NCBI GenBank assembly: GCA_964019425.1
Contig: OZ025781.1
Coordinates: forward strand, 1,302,001 to 1,366,000
Reading direction: 5' to 3'
DNA: 64,000 nt
From: Flectonema sp. DT1601
Taxonomy: Eukaryota
This document shows positions 36,749-47,899 of this stretch, in pieces. Made by a program: the position numbers and the translations under genes. The notes under the pieces were generated by a model, which was not told the origin of the DNA, did not search any database, and saw only the letters and a list, made by a program, of their open reading frames with translations. The first letter of the stretch is position 1. Every line of letters starts with the position of its first letter.

Positions 36749-37480
36749 TTACTTTACTATCCTTTCTAATAACATCCTAGTTCCAAATACAGGTAAGGAT
36801 AAGACATGTTGGAGCCTGTCGAGTGGGTTTAGGTTGGTCGGATCGAGTGCGTTCTTTATATTACCTTTCATAAGTTTAATATCAGCGGCGTGCTTCTTCT
36901 TCTTGACACAATTGGGATCATCATCGCAGTCCCTCTCAGCAGCGGAATATGCAAGATCGTGATGCATCGCTAACTTATTGAATCGACTCTTGGGTTTAGT
37001 TATAATATCTGAGTCCGGATGTCTTCGTTGTTTACTTCCCTAGTAATGTTGTCATCCAAATTCTTGATCCTATCCTCCAACTTAGTACCAGGACCTGCAA
37101 ACGAAGCCTTCTCGATTCCTTTCTTAGTCAGAACTGGTAGATGTAATTCTGTGTTGGGGAAAACCCGTGTCAACCACTCATGGATACCACCACCCTTGAT
37201 TATTCTGTCATTGTCGTCAACATCACCGTGATACTTTTTATATAAGAAATCGTGGTAGGAATTTTCATCATGTACATTCTTCACAAAGTCGATGACGAAG
37301 TACCCACACATTATGCTCTTCAAGTCCTGCAGCTGGGTCGTGGAATAGATGAGGGGTCGAACCCTTACTTCTTCGGGTGGAGGCATGCCAAATCGCGGGT
37401 CCAGAGGGAGCTATGAATAGACACGTCCAGTGGGTTCCAACAGAATCGGAGTGATCCAAGTTTATAAGATAGTAACCAGG
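36749..37480 (-). pseudogene. Polinton/adintovirus-like cysteine protease plus parvovirus-type phospholipase A2 domain, frameshifted
   Basis: INLDHSDSVGTHW and QLQDLKSIMCGYF (adenain-type H/Q/C motifs); FAGPGT and KLAMHHDLAY (viral PLA2 motifs); split over three ORFs by two frameshifts. Confidence 0.75.
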
Positions 37481-38976
37481 GTCGAGATCGTCATCACTGG
37501 CGCTCCATGCATGTTGCAATGTGGCAACAGCCCTCCGTCCCTCATCTGCACTATGTTTGTGAGCGCAGAGCAGCCTCTTCTCTTCCCTGCAAGCACACTT
37601 GGTCATGAGGTGGATGGCATGTGAAGTTGGAGAAATCTGCCTCCTCATGACCCAAGTGACTCACGCTGCTGTCAACTAAACTTCTGTGTTGCGTGCCGAC
37701 GGAGCGGCGATACCAAACAACATCTCAGGGTGGCCATGCTGGCAGCACCGGGTGGCCTGCAGACCTTTTTTCTGTCCGAACTCAGCAAAGAATTCGCTTC
37801 CAAGTGTATTCTTCACTTGTCCCAGCATTCTGCCCTCGTTCCTGACAATACTAAATGTAATGGTTCCTTGATTGACTTCTGTCGGGTATTCACACCACGA
37901 TTAGAAGAACAGTTGTTAAAAAAGCCTTAATTTGGAGTGGGTCAGCGCTAAGTATAACCCTGTGGATGTACCGTCCAGGGAACCCATTTTTTCCTCTACC
38001 AGATCCAAGGTGGAACAGGCGGGGGCATTCTTCAAGTTGCATCACGGTGTTGGTGTCCCGTCAGGACCTGGCACTACTCCAGCGCGGTGAACCTATCTAA
38101 GATTAGGATAGGGTCACATGAATGTCCTTAGTATCTGTTCTGCCAGTTGTGCGTATTACTTTATATTCTTTTTCAGGTGCTGTCCAGACATGGAAAGTAA
38201 ATTACTAAATGTAATGGTTCCTTGATTGACTTCTGTCAGGAATTCACACCACGATTAGAAGAACAGTTGTTAAAAAACCTTTTTATTATGGATGAGTTGC
38301 AGCAAGTATGGCTTCTGTTGGACAGCAAGAAAAAAAATATTGGACCCCTGAATAGCAAAATTCTCCTATTTTTTCCCCCTTCACTTCTCCTCCCAAAAAC
38401 CAAGAAAGAAAATCAAGAACACATCTTAAAAAAAGGGTAGACAAAGCTATTTAGCTTTGCCCAATCGATCAGGTTAGGTTTATTCAAAACAAGGGTTGAT
38501 ATAACCTTACCGTCCGACTGCTTTCCGTGAGTTTTATGTGATTGTAGATGTGGTTGTCGCAGCTATTTTTTTACTGACACATGCTCCTCGAGGAAGGTAC
38601 TCAATGAAGAAAACGTCATCTTCACTCTGATGCGACAGAGAAAAAGCAAAAAAAAAAAAATATATGTGCGTGTTTGTAAAGGGGTTCTGATTTCCGACTA
38701 AGCCCTATGCAAGTGATTTTTTAACTCCATTGTACTTCACCCTCACAGGACAATTGCAGAACAAGATTAATGGCTCAGTTATATTTTTTCTATCCTTATT
38801 GTTTCTTAGAATTCTCAAATGTTTATTGTTGTTCAGACTTTCTGCTCCACAGCTGTTGTGAAGTGGAATGTATTATGAACAATTTGATCTGGTCTTGAGA
38901 ATGAGTAACAAGAAATGTATTAAAAAAAAAAATCCCCTTAAACAGGAAACTAATTATTTCCCGAGTTCAAACAACT

Positions 38977-40287
38977 ATGAAAACTGCATTCTTATTTTGG
39001 GCTTTAAGCACCTTAGTTACTACCGGGGTATGCCAAATGACATCGGGGGCCGCAGTTATGGCTGATCAATTTACGTCAGACTTTCGCAGGGTGCAGTTAC
39101 AGCCAAAGGCCAGATATTCATTTCAACATGGATGGGGAGCTGTATATACGAGAGTTCGCGAAGGGCTTCTTATTGTATGGCAATCATCAACTCCGAACAT
39201 TCGTGGGAGGTATGAAATTTACGCACGTGCCTACAGCCCTTACAACTGGCCTATTGGTGATGCTGTTGTCATTTGTGAGTTAAATTATCTCAGAATCCCT
39301 CCGAAAGTATCTGGATCCTTTGACACCAGTCTAATCAACATCGTTTACCAAATGGGGAGAGGGATCTCTAACACTTGGATCAGCCTTAACAAAGAGGAAG
39401 GAATAACTTCAATAACGCCCAGTGTTTGCACTTCTGATGACGATTTTCTTGACGTCTCGTACTTCTATCAATTTGCTACCGCAGGTTCGCCAGATGGAAA
39501 CTTATTTGTAACCGCGATGACTAATATCTTTTCTTCGTATTTAACAACGGGTATTGATATCGAGATTTACAAGAACGGTGTCACTACAACCCTCCGAAGA
39601 GTAGTTCCGGAACATTTTGAGTTGCAAACCCAACCTGAAGTTGCGGTACTAAAAAATGGAAACTTCGTAATTGCTTGGCAACACTCCAGGTCTCTGACTA
39701 TCTCTGGTCAGGTCTTCAATAGCGACGGCGTACCTGTCGGGTACACTTTTCAAGTTGACGCTGGAAACGAAATGGGCGGTGTCTGGTTTCCTCACATCGT
39801 TGTGAAGCATTTGACCTCAGGATTCTTTATCTTGTGGAAGGAAGACTCCGAGAGGGCCAACGCTAACAAGGATCCGACGCCAGGTATTTGGCTTCGTGAG
39901 TTTACAGCAGACGGAGTTTTCGACTCACGTAACCCTCTTCCTATTAGAATTATTAAAGCTAGGGCACCAGTAGGAGATGGTTTTGTTCCTTCGGCAGTTA
40001 TTAGACAAGATGACTCTGGCATGGCAGTTGCATACGTAGAGGGATCGACAATGTACGTGGATGAGTACAGCACTCGTCATGATGCTAGCTTCGGAAAGTT
40101 TGTCTTCGGACACCAGACTGAGATAACTTGGGAGTATGGTTTCACTAATTTTACAAGAATAGGTTTAGCTCCCCTTGGTAATACAAATTTTGGTTTTGCT
40201 CTCTGTGTTTCGTTTATTCCAAATGGGTACGTTGAGGTTTACAACGTTTATGAAATAGGAACTAACCAGCCCGTGGCATTCCAGTAA
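38977..40287 (+). CDS. Secreted protein with beta-propeller-like repeats
   Basis: 436 aa intronless ORF with a hydrophobic N-terminus; repeat QPEVAVLKNGNFVIAWQ...GQVFNSDGVPVGYTFQV. Confidence 0.8.
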   Translation: MKTAFLFWALSTLVTTGVCQMTSGAAVMADQFTSDFRRVQLQPKARYSFQHGWGAVYTRVREGLLIVWQSSTPNIRGRYEIYARAYSPYNWPIGDAVVICELNYLRIPPKVSGSFDTSLINIVYQMGRGISNTWISLNKEEGITSITPSVCTSDDDFLDVSYFYQFATAGSPDGNLFVTAMTNIFSSYLTTGIDIEIYKNGVTTTLRRVVPEHFELQTQPEVAVLKNGNFVIAWQHSRSLTISGQVFNSDGVPVGYTFQVDAGNEMGGVWFPHIVVKHLTSGFFILWKEDSERANANKDPTPGIWLREFTADGVFDSRNPLPIRIIKARAPVGDGFVPSAVIRQDDSGMAVAYVEGSTMYVDEYSTRHDASFGKFVFGHQTEITWEYGFTNFTRIGLAPLGNTNFGFALCVSFIPNGYVEVYNVYEIGTNQPVAFQ

Positions 40288-41072
40288 GCGCACGACAATA
40301 AATGCATAGCACGTTCCTCAAAAAAAACAAAAACCGCGTTGGGTCGACGCATTTTGTGCGGAGATGCAGAAATTATCTTTTTTTCTTTTATACAAAGCTG
40401 CCATCTTTGCTATGCTTTTTTAAGCTGACTTTCGCTGTGCGTGTGTCACTAACGAATGGTCGTCACAACACTTAGTGTGGTTGTTGTTTAGATGTAAATC
40501 TGTTATTCGTTTAAGCACTGGTTGGGTTTCTGCTTTTGTATTTTCTGGTGTACTTTGTTTGCATCATATTATTATTTTCTATTTACGACCGTTTCTATTT
40601 TCAGTTTAGCATTTAATAGAATATGCTAGACAGAAGTTTTTACCTATTTTATGTGTCTTTTCATTTATCTTGTGTGTGATAAATCAATAGGCATTCCCCT
40701 TTTTTCCATTTTCCCCTTTCCTCTCGTTAAGCATGTTCCCCTTACTCTATCTGATGCTGCTTCTGACTGGTTTCTTTTAGTCTACTTCGAAAGCAATAGA
40801 GGCTAGTAATGACTTCCTGTAGTAAATCTTTTTGCGAATGCATTATGTAAAATCGGAATCATATATTAGTTGAGGTTTTGTGTGAAAACTTCGAAGCAAC
40901 ATTTTGTAGAGAGAGGGGTTGCTGCAGTAACAATCATCTAGTTACTCTTTTCCCCTTTATTTATTTGAATTGAGTACGTACGGTAGTCGAATTCTTTAGC
41001 AGTTTTGAGCTGTGAGCTGTCGTATTAATTATTCTTTCTCAGTGTTCTCCACAAACTTTCAGAAATCTCAAG

Positions 41073-42627
41073 ATGTCTGCAACTGACGGAAAGGACCATT
41101 TGTCCATCGTGATCTGCGGTCACGTTGACAGTGGAAAGTCGACCACCACTGGACGTCTTCTCTTCGAGTTGGGTGGAATCCCAGAGCGTGAGATGGAGAA
41201 GTTGAAGGCCGAGGCTGAGCGTCTTGGAAAGCAGTCGTTCGCCTTCGCGTTCTACATGGACCGTCAGAAGGAGGAGCGTGAGAGAGGTGTGACCATCGCC
41301 TGTACCACCAAGGAGTTCTTCACAGACAAGTGGCACTACACCGTCATCGACGCCCCGGGACACAGAGATTTCATCAAGAACATGATCACTGGAGCCTCCC
41401 AGGCCGATGTTGCTCTTCTGATGGTTCCAGCTGACGGTAACTTCGTCAGTGCCATCGCCCGTGGAAACCACAAGGCCGGAGAGATCCAGGGACAGACCCG
41501 TCAGCACGCTCGTCTTATTAACTTGTTGGGAGTAAAGCAGTTGATCGTCGGAATCAACAAGATGGACTGTGATGTCGCCAAGTACAAGGAGGAGAGATTC
41601 ACTGAGATCAAGGAAGAGATGAAGAGTATGCTTATCAAGACTGGATGGAAGAAGGATTTCGTTGAGAAGTCTGTTCCAGTCATCCCAATCTCAGGATGGA
41701 TCGGAGACAACTTGTTGAAGAAGTCTGAGAAGATGGACTGGTGGAAGGGACAGGAAGTCCTCATCGGAGCTGATGAGAAGCTTCACATTAACACCCTCAG
41801 AGATGCCTTGAACGACATGGTTCGTATGCCTGAGCGTAAGAACGACGCCCCAATGAGAATGCCTGTCTCAGGAGTCTACAAGGTATGGTAATCTTTTGAA
41901 TTGTTTAACAGGGGTTAGCTGTCCCCTTTTACACCGTGGGAACCTTTTCTTTGGTTATCTTTGCGTCACATTTTCTGTGAGCTCTGCTGCTGCTCATTCA
42001 AACAAACACCAAAAACAGATTAAGGGAGTTGGTGATGTCATCACTGGACGTGTTGAGCAGGGAATTGTCAAGCCTGGTGAGGAAGTTCTCTTCCTTCCAA
42101 CCCACACTGCCGCCAACGCGTGCACTGGAAAGGTTTTCACTTGTGAAATGCACCACAAGCGAACTGACGAGGCCAAGGCCGGAGACAACGTTGGTCTTAA
42201 CGTCAAGGGACTTAACAAGGACAACATGCCTCGTACCGGAGACGTGATGGTGTACAAGAAGGACGGATCCTTGAAGGAGGCCGGAACCTTCACTGCCCAG
42301 GTTCAGATCCTTGACCACCCTGGTGAGTTGAAGGTTGGATACACTCCAGTATGCTTCGTGCGTACCGGAAGATCCGCCGTAAGAATGACTCAGTTGGTAT
42401 GGAAGATGGGTAAAGAGACCGGAGGAAAGAAGGCTGAGGAACCCCACTGTCTGAAGGCTAACGAGATGGCTGAGGTCGTCTTCACCCCACAACAGCCACT
42501 TGTTGTGGACTCCTTCAAGAACTGCGAGGGTCTTTCCCGTGTCGCTATCATGGAAGGTAACGGTGTTGTCATGCTTGGAAAGGTTACCAAGACCACTGAG
42601 AAGGTTGCCGCCACCAAGAAGAAGTAA
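41073..42627 (+). CDS. EFL: Elongation factor-like GTPase (exons 41073-41882, 42019-42627)
   Basis: GHVDSGKST, DAPGH and NKMD motifs; EFL-type GNHKAGEIQGQ and WKMGKETGGKK segments; in-frame GT-AG intron; strong codon bias. Confidence 0.95.
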
Positions 42628-43164
42628 GATTACTACTACTACTACCGAAAATCAGTGTTTTCCTTCTTTAGCTTTTTCAAAGGCAGTTAAAGATCTAGCG
42701 GACTTTTGACTGATCAATAACTCACCTTTATTTATTTTCTTTTCTTCCTTGCCGTTCACTATTTCTTTTTTTCTGTTTCGAATTTCCACTGATTTTATTT
42801 TATTTTCTTCCACAATTTCAGCCTTTTTTCTTCACAAAAGTAGTGATAAAAAAAAGAAAAAAAAAGTTTCGCACTCTGTGGTATATTTGTCTTTTGCTTC
42901 CAGCGTTCATCATCAACGAAGAAAAAAAAAAAAAAAAAAAGGGGGGGGGTGGAGAAAAATAACAATACGAGAATCCACGTTTCTTTTATTTTTGTTTGAA
43001 GTCATCCTTGTGGAGCTCTATCATGAAATATTTTCTTCTTTCTCAGGTGCACAATGTTGCTGCTGTGAAAAAAAAAAAAAAAAAAAAAAACAAACAACAA
43101 CGCAATCATTTTTTCATTATATATTACCCATTTCATTTATAGAATCCATTCATGGCTGTACGGC

Positions 43165-45281
43165 ATGTATAAACTTACATGTAGGGAAACTTCCACCGTT
43201 CCAGATGCAACTTCTGCTGATGGAGCAAAGACACTCCGTGACTTAGTTAACAAGCATATGTGTAGATTAAGGGTAGTCGACTCTGTAGGGGGAACTGAAA
43301 CAATCAAAAACCATAAAAATACCAAAGAAGAGAGACATTGCAAAGCAATTCATCTGATGAAAATTGCGTATCACATCGGGTTAATGTGTACTATGTTTAT
43401 AATAGTTGATGCTTTTGTGATTGTGTACAGACTGACTTATGGTAATCCATTCTCTGACACTCTAACAGTAGTCATGGATGTTGTATTCGATTGCATCTAC
43501 ATACTTAGAGTAGTTATTAATTGTAGTACTCCCTACCTAGAGCACGGATTGTTAGTTAATAAGCGAGAACACATAATCCGAAGATACACCAATTCAAATA
43601 TATTTATTTTCGATGCCCTAGTTGGTCTCCCAACAAGTAGTATTGCTTGGTTATTCTTAGGTGGGTCTCGTTTTCATACCATGTGTCGAATTAATAAATT
43701 AGTAGCAGCACCAATTTACTGGTCTAGGTTGTGTAGCAGTCATGGTGTTGGTGGGTTTAGAAAAATGACTATTCCAACTTTATTAATACTGCATACTTTC
43801 ACATGTATGTGGGAAGTTCTTACGGTAGAGTCTAGCACAGGGACACCTTCTTTAACCTTAACACACGAGTCACACGGGATAGCCCACAGATATATACGTG
43901 GTATGGAATGGAGTATAAAACACATGTCTGGTTACGGTAGCACTGGACATTTTCCTGAAACCGACGCTCTAACAATGTTTATGTTAGCTACAGCAGCAGT
44001 TGGAGCTTTGCTGTATGCAACTTTTTTAGCTTTGTTTACCGCAACTATTATTGATAATGCTCGGAGGGATCCAAAGTCAAGACTCATTAAGAAACTTGAT
44101 GAGGTTGCTGATGCTCTTCTGCAGGCTCAAGTTCCAAAATATTTTAGAGATGAAGTTCGTCAGTATTATGTTTATATGTATAAGATGGCAGGAACTGTTG
44201 GAATGAGTGATATTCTCGATGACTTACCTGATTCCTTACTACGGAGAGTACATCAAGAGATTGGTAAGGCTACTCTCGCAAGGCTTCCAATGTTTACAGA
44301 TGTACACCAACCAGGTCTAATTGAGAGACTTTCTGATACTCTAGTTCCACGTGTTCTTCTTCCGAATCTTACTCTCATCCAAGAAGGTGATCCTGGAGAA
44401 GAATGTATTTTTATAGTATCCGGCTACATCAGAGAGACTAGAAATTCAAATAAATTGCGTTTACTCGGTCCAGGTGACCGTTACGGAGATAAAGCCCTCC
44501 TCATGCCGGGCTTAGTGACTGAAAGCTCACTAACTTGTACTACTCTTTGTACTGTTTTTGTGCTTCACTCAAATGATTTTAAGGAGTGTCTGTATGTTTT
44601 TATTTTTAGAAAATGAGTGAAAGCTCTAATTCAAACATAAACAACACAACCAGTACACACTATCCTGAACTATTGCAAACAATAACATCTCGGAGGAAGA
44701 GTGCTGCGTGGATGTTGTACCACTATCAGACTCCAGTTTCTAGAAAAAAGGAAAGCTTGTGTGTCAGCGTGTCGAGTAGTAGTCCGAAATCATCGCGTCA
44801 AAAATCACCAATCAGATTGGGACCGAGGTCTCCAGTAAAAATAATAAAATCTCGGATAGTACGAGAAGATGTTAATGAAATGAATAACAGTAGTTGTGGA
44901 TCATCATACGCTACTAGGAGAACAAGTCTGTTGTCAATATCCACTTCATCAAGTGACGATAGTGAAATAAAAAGGAGAAACTCCGCAGTAGTATCAGCCT
45001 TAAATGATTCAGGTAACTCGTCTATGGGATCGTTTTTATTTCAACAGGGGGAGTTTACGACTTCAGAAAGAAAAACTTCTCCCAGATTACGACACAGTTC
45101 TATCAAAAGACCCGGCAGTCCTTCACATCGAAGATCTAAATCGTGTAACGAACGACCAAACACAGATATGATCGACAATGGGACAGGTTACGATTCGACT
45201 TCTACGGAAAGTGAAGCATTTCCTTCTGAAGTATTATTACCGGGAATCATACGAGTTGATAGTGGTGATGGTATTACATAG
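43165..45281 (+). CDS. Cyclic nucleotide-binding-domain cation channel, KCNH/CNG-like (intron 44592-44653)
   Basis: TM segments, GYG pore, C-linker (VRQYYVY...LPDSL) and CNB domain (QEGDPGEE...GDRYGD); splicing gives ...KECLTHYPELL. Confidence 0.85.
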
Positions 45282-45666
45282 AACCCTCTGTTGAGATAAT
45301 ATATCTCAGAAACTATACTTTTGTAGGTCTTGTTCTTTATCAGCGACCTGTCGTATTGTCTTGTTTGAAATTCTTCAAATAATAATTAACTTTTCTTCTC
45401 CCTGACTAATGATACTCTCTGTATGGTACTTCTGTGCTGTGTGGAAGGATGTCGTTGATACTTCTTATGCGGTTTTCGTTTAAAACATTTATCATTTTTT
45501 TTCCCTTTTCCTATTCTTATTTTAAGTTTGATTTCTTAACCAAACTTTAGATCTTCGCAACGAAACACCAAAACTTCTGTTGTTCTCTCTCTGTGTTGTT
45601 TGTTATTAAGTTAGAGTCCTCTGCTGTACTTTCTGAGATGCCCTTTTGACTCTCACGGCACTTACT

Positions 45667-45740
45667 GGGTTCAGGGGGAGTACATTCGCAAGGCTGAACC
45701 TTAAAGGATTTGACGGAATGACACCACCAGGCGTGGAGTA
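45667..45740 (+). pseudogene. SSU (18S) rRNA fragment
   Basis: GGGGGAGTACATTCGCAAGGCTGAACCTTAAAGGATTTGACGGAA resembles the universal GAAACTTAAAGGAATTGACGG region. Confidence 0.8.
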
Positions 45741-46243
45741 TTCGATCGGGTTCAGGGCTACGTTGTTTTTATAACAAATTCTCATATTCGAACACGTTAC
45801 TTGTTACGTATCGGTTTGTTGTGATGTTTTCCTTTTTTTTTCTCTCTCTTCCTTTTTGAAACTTTTACACAAACCGTATTAAGAATTTTAGCGAATCAAT
45901 CAGATTGCCCTTCGTGCTGTTATTTCGCGATTCCTTCTCGTTCTTTTGCTTTCTTATTTTATTTATTTATTTTTTCCTCTGTTATCCTTTTTGTTTTGTT
46001 CTGATATTGTTATCAAGATTCCTGAATGGTTATACTACCGTGTGCCTTTGGAACATACAACCGCTCAATACTAATACTTAGTACCTGTTAGTTTCTTTCT
46101 GATTAGTTTAATTTATTTTTTTCATCCCTCATGTGTTAGCGATCTAATACAGTTGGTGTTTGTATTTTATAAATTTCAAACGTTTGATTCCCCCCCTTAT
46201 TATTTTTTTCCAGAGTTTTTGCAAAAAAAAAAAAAAAAAAAAA

Positions 46244-46807
46244 ATGTCCAACCCAGAACTTAAAAACATTTTCGAGTCATTCTGCGCTTTTGGAGCAGGC
46301 AACAATGTGTGTATTTTCTGTTGTGTTTTTTTTCCAGGAGGATTTCTCGCATACTAATTATAATTAATAAAAACAAAAAACAAAAAAACAAAAATAAAAA
46401 AAAAACAGGCCAAGCCGGAGATGGACAATGCGAAATTTAATAAATTTTGTAAAGACACCAAAGTAATTGATCGTAAGTTTACCTCAACAGACGCTGACTT
46501 AATATTCTCATCAACAAAGGGTAAAGGAGAGCGTAAGATTAGCTACAGTGTCTTTGCTGGTGCAGCTTTAGATGCCGTGGCCAAGAGAAAGGGAGTTTCA
46601 AAGGATACACTTCTTAGTCAGATCGTTTCAACCAGAGGGCCAACGAGCAGTGGTACCCACGCAGAGAATGTTGCTCTTCACGATGATAAGTCTGCTTACA
46701 CTGGTGTGTACAGCAAGGGAGGACCAACAAACACTGATTTAGGAACTTCCGACCTCAGTAATATTACTAACCGAGCCCCAGCTGACGTCCGTGGTGTTCA
46801 GAGGTAA
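46244..46807 (+). CDS. p25-alpha/TPPP family microtubule-binding protein (intron 46307-46408)
   Basis: F..FC.FG, MD...F.KFCKD, DLIF and LHDDKSAYTGVY motifs; in-frame GT-AG intron. Confidence 0.85.
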
Positions 46808-47420
46808 GTTCATTTACGTTGTACCTGTTTTATTTTAAAAAAAAATTTTTATATAGAAGTGAATCTCTCATTTTTTTTTTTTTTTTTTTTTTTTTTCTTC
46901 CCCGAATTTCATTGTGCGGAATGAAGGCTCTAACTAAACACGAAAAAGTTTGGTAAAAAGAGGGTCCAGGCTGCATATAATCCTTTTTTTTGCATACTTT
47001 TAGTTTTATTTTCTTCTTGTTTATTTGTTGTATAATTATCACAGTGTCTGATCCTAACGACAGTACTGGTGAAAATGAAATATTCTTGAAAAAAAAAATA
47101 AAAATAAAAAGTGTCGTGAATTCTGAAATTTTCGATGTAATGAGTTGTAAGAATATATATTTTTTAATAAATAGTTTGGAAACATGCGGTGACATAAAGT
47201 AGTTGTTTAGCTGAGTCTCAAGCTTCCATTTCATGAATTATTGTGTCATGATATCTTATAATGGATTTTCTCAAAGGTTTGAATGAAAGTTAACGCCTTT
47301 TGTCATTGTGATAACAATTTGAAAAAAAAAAAAAAAAATAATAATAACCCATTCCACACCCTTTCTTTAGAAAATTACCGTAAACTTTCTTTTACTTTCC
47401 CACACGACGCTTTGATGCGG

Positions 47421-47456
<36 letters not shown>

Positions 47457-47899
47457 AACAATATACTAGTAACGGAGTAACACAAGTTCTTATTTGAGCG
47501 TGTTCTTACTGAATACACGATTTCCTAGCCAAAAGGTTATTTCTTTTTTTTTTTTAAGTTCTCTCTTGTTTTTTTTTCTTCCCTGAAGAAGTGACACAGG
47601 CTATAATGTCCAAATTATTTTTTTTTATTTTATTTTTTTTTTAGTATTACAGTTCTAGTGGAACGGAAAGGAAAAAAAAAAAAAAAAAAAAAAAAAGGAA
47701 AAAGAAAAAAATTGTGAAAAAAAAGAAAAGTGCAAAATATAACAACAGAAGCGTAGAGTTTACTGTGCCTTCTTCCCCTTAAAAGAATTTATAAGTTACT
47801 TAGCATCGAATATGTTTTTTTCTTTCTTTCAGGTGTGAGAAAGCAAAAAAAGAGTAATGGCTGTATTTTAGTACATCACACAACCAGTGAGGGATTATT

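Noticed and set aside
41025..42617. Several minus-strand ORFs over EFL, and similar ones over other genes
   Set aside because: Shadow ORFs caused by codon bias of the sense gene.
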